Below are positions 1 to 8,955 of a stretch of DNA of 64,000 nucleotides, one piece after another. The notes under the pieces are model-generated. The model was not told the origin of the DNA and did no database searches. It saw only the letters and a list, made by a program, of their open reading frames with translations. Both the position numbers and the translations under genes were made by a program. Positions within the stretch are counted from its first letter, which is position 1. Each line of letters begins with the position of its first letter. This DNA is from Auanema rhodensis (Eukaryota > Animalia > Nematoda): the NCBI GenBank assembly GCA_964057225.1, contig OZ059894.1, positions 7,564,001 to 7,628,000 of the forward strand, in the 5' to 3' direction.

Positions 1-101
1 ATATATTGTGATAAAAAGCTCCAAGCTTATGATTACGTTGTTTGGATGCATAAGGGATAGACGGCGGATCTCTTGTGAGATGATATTCTAGTAGATAATG
101 T

Positions 102-1185
102 GGCCGAATGGTCTAGGGGTATGATTCTCGCTTTGGGTGCGAGAGGTCCCGGGTTCAAATCCCGGTTCGGCCCAAAATTTTGTTTTCTCTTATTTCAGAA
201 ACAGTTTTGATAAAGCTTTCAGTTTCGGAACTTCTCTCAAATCCTTTCTTTGGATAATTTCCGTTAAAAAGGTCTAGGCTTATGGTTACGTTGTTTAGAT
301 GCATCAGGAATAGACGGCGGATCTCTTGTGAGATGATATTCTAGGAGATAATGTGGCCAAATGGTCTAGGGGTATGATTCTCGTTTTGGGTGCGAGAGGT
401 CCCTGGTTCAAATCCCGGTTCGGCCCAAACTTTTGCTATCTTTTGTTTAAGAAAAAGTTTTGATAATGCTTTCAGTTTCGGAACTTCTCTCACATCCTTT
501 CTTTGGATATATTCTGGTAAAAAGGTCTAGGCTTATGATTACGTTGTTTGGATGCATAAGGGATAGACGGCGGATCTCTTGTGAGATGATATTCTAGTAG
601 ATAATGTGGCCGAATGGTCTAGGGGTATGATTCTCGCTTTGGGTGCGAGAGGTCCCGGGTTCAAATCCCGGTTCGGCCCAAAATTTTGTTTTCTCTTATT
701 TCAGAAACAGTTTTGATAAAGCTTTCAGTTTCGGAACTTCTCTCAAATCCTTTCTTTGGATAATTTCCGGTAAAAAGGTCTAGGCTTATGGTTACGTTGT
801 TTAGATGCATCAGGAATAGACGGCGGATCTCTTGTGAGATGATATTCTAGGAGATAATGTGGCCAAATGGTCTAGGGGTATGATTCTCGTTTTGGGTGCG
901 AGAGGTCCCTGGTTCAAATCCCGGTTCGGCCCAAACTTTTGCTATCTTTTGTTTAAGAAAAAGTTTTGATAATGCTTTCAGTTTCGGAACTTCTCTCACA
1001 TCCTTTCTTTGGATATATTCTGGTAAAAAGGTCTAGGCTTATGATTACGTTGTTTGGATGCATAAGGGATAGACCGCGGATCTCTTGTGAGATGATATTC
1101 TAGGAGATAATGTGGCCGAATGGTCTAGGGGTATAATTCTCGCTTTGGGTGCGAGAGGTCCCGGGTTCAAATCCCGGTTCGGCCC
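102..1185 (+). tRNA. Five tRNA-Pro(TGG) genes, 72 nt each, starting at 102, 355, 608, 861, 1114
   Basis: GGCCGAATGGTCTAGGGGTATGATTCTCGCTTTGGGTGCGAGAGGTCCCGGGTTCAAATCCCGGTTCGGCCC: acceptor stem GGCCGAA/TTCGGCC, anticodon stem CTCGC/GCGAG with loop TT-TGG-GT, GTTCAAATC B box, TTTT terminator downstream. Copies 355 and 861 carry three substitutions and may be pseudogenes. Confidence 0.96.
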
Positions 1186-1258
1186 AAACTTTTGCTATCT
1201 TTTGTTTCAGAAACAGTTTCGATAATGCTTTCAGTTTCGGAACTTCTCTCACATCCTT

Positions 1259-1669
1259 CGTTCCGTTATGCTCCTGCGTCGATAATATAAACCATTGTAG
1301 TTTATACTATGACGCGCATAGTATTCCTTGGTGTAACGGTAAGGAATAAAGAGCATAAGGTCAATCATAAGATAAAAGAGAGAAAGATTTATTAGCATGA
1401 AATTACAACAATAATATACAAAGATAAAGATACAATACAATAAGATAAATATAAGTATAAAGGCTAAACTACAAGCCGTCCATGAGCTTGCTAAGAGGCG
1501 AACTCCCGACCAAGGGAACGAGGGAAGGCGGAGCCATTCATAAGCTTGGAGCTTTTTATCACAATATATCCAAAGAAAGGATGTGAGAGAAGTTCCGAAA
1601 CTTTCCTCGGTCCTCTGGTCGTCTGGCTCTAACCCTTCAGCTACATATATGGGGAGTCCGAATGGAACG
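1259..1669 (-). repeat. 3' LTR of element A (345 bp plus a 66-bp insertion)
   Basis: Matches 4542-4886 apart from about 4 substitutions and the 1540-1605 insertion; ends CGTTCC/GGAACG. Confidence 0.93.
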
Positions 1670-2309
1670 TGCCCTTTTTCAAGGATTTTTCGCGTCCGCG
1701 CGATATAAAGAGTTTTTAGTGTATATGTAGCTGAGTTTTAGAGTCTAGGAGTTTACAAATAAAATTAAAAGTTTTAAAATCTACATGTAGAAAGATATAT
1801 AAATAGTTTTAATAGGTTTCTTTATAGTATTAAGATAGAATTTGAATACAATAATAGGTTTTATGTTATTTTGTAACGGAGGATTAGAAAATAAATTTGG
1901 TCATTGTAGTACTGTAATAAAAAAAAATTCTTTGTTTCATGGATGTATGATTTATGTGAGACAATAAGGAATTATCAAACATTTTGGGTACATGGTTACT
2001 CGTATCCTAATGATGATGGGGATAATTTTAGTTAATAATTTACTCGTCTCCATATGTCTCTCTGAATGAAACCTTGAGTACTAATGGAGGCTACCACTCA
2101 GATGGGGTGTGGCTTAGGCGCCTGCCAATGTTCGTCTCTTCTTGGAGATACATATGGAGCTCAGTTTAGCGCAAAATTTTATCTCTATCGGTCGTATAGG
2201 ATTACGGTAGCCATTTATTTCTATTATATTTTTGCTTATTCCTTATTTTTAGTTGTTTACTCACTTAATCTCTCATCAAAAAGTTTTCTAATTCACCGTT
2301 ACTTTCATT

Positions 2310-2594
2310 TTACAATTTACAGAAAAGAAAAGAATGTATATAAAAATTTTTTCTGTCGTCGGCTTTGATGAAGTCCGGATCTTCGTAGGTGTCGTCAGAA
2401 GGTGAATATGTTCCTTCTCGGGGAGTATAAAACTGGTCGACTTGCGGCTTCGGCTTTTCGGCTGGTTGGTGCGGTTTTTCTATTTGAACACTAAGAAGTC
2501 GGGTACGGCTTCTGCGACGACTTGCGACAGTAGCGTCACTGTTGGTATCGGACGGGTAAAGGGCTCGGAAAACCGATGAGAATCTTGTGGCCAC
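2310..2594 (-). pseudogene. Truncated ORF1 homologue in element A
   Basis: ALYPS...VASR.RSRTRLLSVQIE...PREGTYSP....EDPDF is shared with 8141-8890; similarity stops after EDPDF. Confidence 0.7.
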
Positions 2595-3009
2595 CTTTAT
2601 AGGACTCTTGGTTTGGAAAAACCGAGAATGGTGAGCTACGTGTGGGATGTTGACGTAAGGTGCGTAAGATTCTTTTAGATGTGTGTTGGGAGAGAGAAAG
2701 ACTCGGGAGCAATAGGATAGTCATGCTTTGCTGGGCGATGCGGAGGGTAAATGAGAGGGAGTTTTTCAAATCCTGGCCAGGAATCTGACTCCGCCTATCT
2801 ACCGTAAGCTTATTATAGTTAATGATGTTTATCTCTTCGCAAAAACTATTTTTATCCGCTCTTGCACTTTCCTCTAATTTTGTTTTCTTACTGCTCTAGA
2901 ATCTTTAAAAAAAACTTTATTCATGTCATCCCCTTTGTACTTTTGCGGCCTTTGGACATTTATTTTAAGGTTAGAAACAAAAGAAAAGAAAAGAAAGAAA
3001 GAAAAAAAA

Positions 3010-3557
3010 ATGGATTTCCAACGTTATAATCCCACTGGCATGACTTATGTCCTGTGGAAATTATACAAATCCATCGTTGAGTACGATGGAGAAGGAGTTT
3101 TGGCTTATAGGCCAAATCTTGATATAATTTTAATGGTTTGTGTATCTCCATTTTATGTTTGATTATTTGATTACTTTAGTTTATCGAAGATCACCAAATG
3201 TATTATTTGGGGCAGGGCCATATAAACTTTGCCACCTTCGTAGATGTAGCTCCCGAAGTGGAGCTTGTTGGTCGAAGGTGCTTAGTTGATCTATGCGCTC
3301 ATGTATATAATGGTAGGGCCGGTTTATTAACCGCACGTCCTTGGGCCTGGTACCAGGAAAAGAGTCATTTTTATTATTATTTATTATATAGATTATTGTT
3401 TAAAATCTATATTGTTTATGATGACTCATTATTTGGTTTGGAACTTAGGGTTTCGCGAGGTTTAGAATATAGTGAAGATTTAATTGCGAGCGAAACTCCT
3501 ATGTTTCTTGCCTCTGAGTTTCGAACTTGGTTGCAATCAAATACGGGTATTGACTGA
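3010..3557 (+). CDS. Spliced antisense accessory gene of element A, unknown function, about 167 aa; exons 3010-3135 and 3180-3557
   Basis: A 44-nt GT...TTTAG intron joins ...LAYRPNLDIILM to FIEDHQMYYLGQG...; homologous to the element B gene, with the intron at the same position. Confidence 0.8.
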
Positions 3558-4520
3558 ACAAAGCTTGTACTCTGTGTTTTTTTTTGTGCACTTTGCACTG
3601 TTTTCGTCAAGAAAATGGCCTTATGTGTTTTTCAATCTTGTCCTCATTCCTTTTTCCTTAAATAGCATGTTTTGCTCAAAATGTTTTCGACATTGTGCAT
3701 GCTAATGAGGTTTGAGGAGAGTTATTGAAAAGGCTGTCCCTTTTCTTGATCAAAATAAGCAAAAGTGTGTTTTCCTAAGCGAATTTCTTTTTGAAAATGA
3801 GAAAAATACGTCTATTTTTGAACATTTCCAAATAACTTAGGATTACTGTAGGAGATAAGGGGTATCTTATGAGTTGAAACAACGAAATGATTTGAGGAAG
3901 ATGACATAATCTACAGGGATAAAATCCGTAGCAGTTATGCTTCCGCCAACTTGACCTGACTGTCAATTAAGAGCTGAGAAGTCTTATTGCAGATTTACCA
4001 GGCTTTTTCGGACTAGTGTGGTCTCTTTTTATATTCAATTTATGTAACCGTTTTTGGTTTCCCGCAAAATAATATGTAAAATGGTCTTTTACGTCTGAAT
4101 ATAATAATATTTCAAAATTCTAGTCCTGACCACAAAATATACAAACTATAATCAATTGCGCGCGTCTTATAAACTTTTGTTCCAATAATTAAACTTCTCT
4201 ATGCCCAAAAAAAATGTGAACAACTATAATTTCTCGTTTGGCAAAATTGTCCTCTATTTCAATCCAAACGTCCTCAAAATAGCATGAGAAGCGGTACAAG
4301 ATACGATATAGAAAAGGGTGGACATTCAGACGGTTTTAAATTGAGGACGGCGGGCAAGAATTTTTATTGGTCCTATCTCGCATTTAAGCGAGATTCCTTG
4401 TATCTGTACCTTAAAACAAATTGGCGCCTTCATTTTGTTGTTTCAAGTGGAGGATTTATAATTTAGAATGCAAAAATGGACTTTTACAATGAAAAAAAAT
4501 TTTTTTTTTGTTCAAAAGAT

Positions 4521-4541
4521 GAGTTCGAGGTGGAACCTCCA
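4521..4541 (-). promoter_or_regulatory. Primer binding site (tRNA-Gln) of element A
   Basis: Minus strand TGGAGGTTCCACC(TCGAACTC) is complementary to the tRNA-Gln 3' end ...GGTGGAACCTCCA. Confidence 0.85.
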
Positions 4542-4886
4542 CGTTCCGTTATGCTCCTGCGTCGATAATATAAACCATTGTAGTTTATACTATGACGCGC
4601 ATAGTATTCCTTGGTGTAGCGGTAAGGAATAAAGAGCATAAGGTCAATCATAAGATAAAAGAGAGAAAGATTTATTGGCATGAAACTACAACAATAATAT
4701 ACAAAGATAAAGATACAATACAATAAGATAAATATAAGTATAAAGACTAAACTACAAGCCGTCCATGAGCTTGCTAAGAGGCGAACTCCCGACCAAGGGA
4801 ACGAGGGAAGGCGGAGCCATTCCTCGGTCCTCTGGTCGTCTGGCTCTAACCCTTCAGCTACATATATGGGGAGTCCGAATGGAACG
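4542..4886 (-). repeat. 5' LTR of element A (345 bp)
   Basis: Direct repeat of 1259-1669; PBS immediately adjacent on the minus strand. Confidence 0.93.
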
Positions 4887-4998
4887 CCTTTCTTTGGATA
4901 TATTGTGATAAAAAGCTCCAAGCTTATGATTACGTTGTTTGGATGCATAAGGGATAGACGGCGGATCTCTTGTGAGATGATATTCTAAGAGATAATGT

Positions 4999-6082
4999 GG
5001 CCGAATGGTCTAGGGGTATGATTCTCGTTTTGGGTGCGAGAGGTCCCGGGTTCAAATCCCGGTTCGGCCCAAACTTTTGCTATCTTTTGTTTCAGAAACA
5101 GTTTTGATAATGCTTTCAGTTTCGGAACTTCTCTCACATCCTTTCTTTGGATATATTGTGATAAAAAGCTCCAAGGTTATGATTACGTTGTTTGGATGCA
5201 TAAGGGATAGACGGCGGATCTCTTGTGAGATGATATTCTAGGAGATAATGTGGCCGAATGGTCTAGGGGTATGATTCTCGCTTTGGGTGCGAGAGGTCCC
5301 GGGTTCAAATCCCGGTTCGGCCCAAATTTTTGCTATCTTTTGTTTCAGAAACAGTTTTGATAATGCTTTCAGTTTCGGAACTTCTCTCACATCCTCTCTT
5401 TGGATATATTGTGATAAAAAGCTCCAAGCTTATAATTACGTTGCTTGGATGCATAAGGGATAGACGGCAGATCTCTTGTGAGATGATATTCTAGGAGATA
5501 ATGTGGCCGAATGGTCTAGGGGTATGATTCTCGCTTTGGGTGCGAGAGGTCCCGGGTTCAAATCCCGGTTCGGCCCAAACTTTTGCTATCTTTTGTTTCA
5601 GAAACAGTTTTGATAATGCTTTCAGTTTCGGAACTTCTCTCACATCCTTTCTTTGGATATATTCTGGAAAAAAGGTCTCTGCTTATGATTACGTTGTTTG
5701 GATGCATAAGGGATAGACGGCGGATCTCTTGTGAGATGATATTCTAGGTGATAATGTGGCCGAATGGTCTAGGGGTATGATTCTCGCTTTGGGTGCGAGA
5801 GGTCCCGGGTTCAAATCCCGGTTCGGCCCAAACTTTTGCTATCTTTTGTTTCAGAAACAGTTTTGATAATGCTTTCAGCTTCGGAACTTCTCTCACATCC
5901 TTTCTTTGGATATATTGTGATAAAAAGCTCCAAGCTTATAATTACGTTGTTTGGATGCATAAGGGATAGACGGCGGATCTCTTGTGAGATGATATTCTGG
6001 GAGAAAATGTGGCCGAATGGTCTAGGGGTATGATTCTCGCTTTGGGTGCGAGAGGTCCCGGGTTCAAATCCCGGTTCGGCCC
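4999..6082 (+). tRNA. Five tRNA-Pro(TGG) genes starting at 4999, 5252, 5505, 5758, 6011
   Basis: Same 72-nt cloverleaf at 253-bp spacing, lying between elements A and B. Confidence 0.96.
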
Positions 6083-6263
6083 AAACTTTTGCTATCTTTT
6101 GTTTCAGAAACAGTTTTGATAATGCTTTCAGTTTCGGAACTTCTCTCACATCCTCTCTTTGGATATATTGTGATAAAAAGCTCCAAGCTTATAATTACGT
6201 TGCTTGGATGCATAAGGGATAGACGGCAGATCTCTTGTGAGATGATATTCTAGGAGATAATGT

Positions 6264-6271
6264 GGCCGAAT
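6264..6271 (+). pseudogene. Truncated tRNA-Pro; only the first 7-8 nt remain after an ~85-bp deletion
   Basis: tgtGGCCGAAT joins directly to TCAGAAACAG of the downstream spacer. Confidence 0.85.
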
Positions 6272-6284
6272 TCAGAAACAGTTT

Positions 6285-6650
6285 CGTTCCATTCGGAGAC
6301 TCTATATATGTAACTGCAGGGTTAGAGCCAGACCGACTAGAGGAATGAGGAATGGCACCGCCTTCCCTCATGCCCCTATTCGGGAGTTCGCCCCTTTGCA
6401 AGCCCATGGACGGTTTGCATCTAACTTAGTTAATCTTATATATTAGTCTTTGTCTTGTAAATGTAGTTTACTTTATACTTGTGTTATTGTATTGTAATGA
6501 TATTGTATTGTGTATAATAAACCTATATATTTCCTTATCTTATGTAATCCTTATGCTCTGTTTCCATACCGCTACACTTATGGAATACTATACGCGTAGT
6601 TGAGCAGACTACAATGGTCTGTTCAATATACGTAGGAGCATAATGGAACG
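6285..6650 (+). repeat. 5' LTR of element B
   Basis: Repeat of 18670-19035; 9-bp terminal inverted repeat CGTTCCATT...AATGGAACG; TATATA near the start and AATAAA at about 6516. Confidence 0.96.
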
Positions 6651-6671
6651 TGGAGGTTCCACCTCGAACTC
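6651..6671 (+). promoter_or_regulatory. Primer binding site (tRNA-Gln) of element B
   Basis: TGGAGGTTCCACC directly follows the LTR and is the complement of the tRNA-Gln 3' end GGTGGAACCT-CCA. Confidence 0.85.
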
Positions 6672-7120
6672 ATTTTTGTCGCAAAAACTCGCATAAAAAG
6701 TCCATATTTTGATATCTAAATTAAAACTTCCTCCACGGTTAGCAACATAATGAGGGCGCCAACTTGTATAAGGTGCAGGTACAAGGGATCTCTCTTTTAG
6801 AGAGCTAGGACTATATAATTTTGAAATTTTACCCGCTGTCCCCACTCATAAAACCGTCTGAGTGTCCACCCTTATAATACCGTATCCTGCACCGCTTCTC
6901 TTGCATTTTTTTTGAGGACGTTTGGATCGAAATAGGGGACAATTTCACCAAACGAAATTTTGATTTCATTATTATTTGGCAACGAGGAGTTAGAATGAAA
7001 TTTTGAAAGCGCACAAAGTTTAATATTTTATTGTGGTCAGGACTAGAGATTTGAAAGTTAAATTCAGGCGTAAAAGAGCATGCTAACTAAATATTTTTGC
7101 GGGAGCCGTTATTCGGTTTT

Positions 7121-7726
7121 TTATTTTATTTTTTTTTGATTGTGAGAATAGACCACACTAGTCCGAAAAATCCTGGCACAAATTTTATTGAAGCCCCATT
7201 TAAAATGCAACTGTCTCACAAATTCTATAGGCTGTGAGATGGGCTCATTGCTAGGCTCTAAATACTGCGAATACTCTGAATCCGCAGAGGTCCTTAGCAA
7301 TAAGCCCATAGGAGACTGTTCATAAAACAAATAAATTTTAAACAAAATTTTAGACATATAATCATAAAAATCATGAGGCTTATGCTCATACCAATTCCAA
7401 GGGGATGCGATTAAATTGGGGTTTTCATACCAATGCGCGCACAAATCGGTGAGGCACCATCGCCCAATAGCTGCAACCTCATCCGCTATTTCTTGCATTA
7501 GGGAGAAATTCACTAATCCCCTCCCCAGATAATGCATTTTTAAATCCTCGATAAACTAAAATTTTTTTTTATTATTAATATAACATGTTTCTTTGCTTTA
7601 ACCAACCATCTTAATCATGTCTGGGTGAGGCCTATAAGCTAACACTTCGTCTTGATCATACAAGACGAGGTCAGCGTACAGCTTTCTCAAGACAAAAGTC
7701 ATTCCCGATAGACCTTCATAAGCCAT
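7121..7726 (-). CDS. Spliced antisense accessory gene of element B, unknown function, about 184 aa; exons 7726-7607 and 7555-7121
   Basis: A 51-nt GT...TTTAG intron (7606-7556) joins ...VLAYRPHPDMIKM to FIEDLKMHYLGRG...; shared motifs with element A: GMT.VL.KLY, VLAYRP, IGR.CL.DLCAH.Y, PW.WY..K..FY.Y...LFKIY. Confidence 0.8.
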
Positions 7727-8140
7727 TCTTTGATTTTTTTTTCCTTCTTCAGCTCTACAAATATAAAGAATCTTATGCATAAAAAGGGGACATAAAACGA
7801 CTGAAAATCTCTTTCATACTTTCAAGAATTCAATTAGAGTAAAGTATTAAGATTGAGGCTGGAAAGAGCGAAGACCAACAAAATTTATAATTGATGAACA
7901 TCTGTGAAAAAGAATAAAGAAAAGAGAATACGGTAGATAGGCGGAGCCAGATCTCAGGCCAAGATTTTAAAACTCTTTCTCATCTAATAACGATTCTCGG
8001 CGAAAGACGCCACGTCTCAATCTTCAAACTTTTCTTACTTTTCCCTATAACCGACCTGAATTTCTTGTCACTCATTCAACGTCAACATCCCCCATATAAC
8101 GAAACACTCGCGGTTTTTCCAAACCAAGAGTGATTCCAAA

Positions 8141-8890
8141 GTGGCACGAAGATACTCTTCGGCCGTCCCTGCTCTATACCCTTCTGAGTCCAGTGACGAC
8201 ATCGCAGTCGCCAGTCGAACCAGAAGCCGCACTCGACTCCTCAGTGTTCAGATTGAAGAGCCTGAACAAGAGGTAAAACCCAAAGTCGAGAAAACCTTCA
8301 TTCCTCGAGAAGGCACGTATTCACCTCCGGACAACACCGAGGAGGACCCTGATTTCTATATTCAGGACTACAATATTCAAACTTCAGCTTCAACTCCAAA
8401 GGTACACTCTTTTAAAAGTAATAAAAAGATTCAAAAAATTCAAAAACCAAAACAAATAACCTCTAATACTTCACCAGCCACCCCCCACCTAAACTTATCA
8501 ACTTTATCAGTTAATACTGATAACGATCTTGCATCTTCTTTTGAACTAACTCTAACACCGCAGGCATTTTCCACTCCGATAGAAAACTCACAACTTAATA
8601 AAACCTCATCTCTCACTATTCGCAAATCACCCTTATCAGTTATCACTGATAAGCTTGATTCGAAAAAGCTTGATTCTAAAAAGATTAATAAAAGAAAAAC
8701 TAATACACCGCGTAGGCGCTCAACCTCTAATAATCCCGTAGAACCAAATCAGGAAATTACCGAAGTTTTGCCCTTATCACTAACTACTGATAAGTTCAAA
8801 AGTAAGAAATCTTTAAGCGGTTCTCCTCAGCCGCCCCTACCATTAGTTATCCAACATCTGGTAACTCGAAAAAGGGAGGTAAGAACTTAA
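8141..8890 (+). CDS. ORF1: basic, S/T/P-rich, probably disordered protein upstream of gag; no AUG, frame open from 8060
   Basis: 249 codons from a GTG; N-terminal ~75 aa conserved in element A; internal (P/T)LS(V/L)xTD(K/N) repeats. Confidence 0.65.
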   Translation: MARRYSSAVPALYPSESSDDIAVASRTRSRTRLLSVQIEEPEQEVKPKVEKTFIPREGTYSPPDNTEEDPDFYIQDYNIQTSASTPKVHSFKSNKKIQKIQKPKQITSNTSPATPHLNLSTLSVNTDNDLASSFELTLTPQAFSTPIENSQLNKTSSLTIRKSPLSVITDKLDSKKLDSKKINKRKTNTPRRRSTSNNPVEPNQEITEVLPLSLTTDKFKSKKSLSGSPQPPLPLVIQHLVTRKREVRT

Positions 8891-8955
8891 CGGCGAGAAG
8901 CTCAGGCAGTAAAGGGATTACGTCATCTCGCACATACCCTGAGGATATACCAACC

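Larger units (their letters stand above)
1259..4886 (-). mobile_element. Element A: non-autonomous LTR retrotransposon (3.6 kb), diverged relative of element B, lacking gag/env/pol
   Basis: LTRs 4542-4886 (5') and 1259-1669 (3'); TSD CCTT at 1255-1258 and 4887-4890; PBS 4521-4541; PPT 1672-1680. Internal blocks are colinear with element B leader, antisense gene, ORF1 N-terminus and 3' UTR. Confidence 0.93.

Noticed and set aside
5089-5101. TGTTTC-A-GAAACA spacer palindrome as a piRNA (Ruby, CTGTTTCA) motif
   Set aside because: Imperfect match to a short motif in AT-rich DNA; unsupported without small-RNA data.
6310-6394. Pol III A/B boxes in the LTR (GGTTAGAGC, GAGTTCGCC)
   Set aside because: The B box lacks the invariant A and the A box is not conserved in element B.
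6651-6671. Array tRNA-Pro as the RT primer
   Set aside because: A Pro PBS would read TGGGGGCCGAACC; the observed site matches tRNA-Gln.
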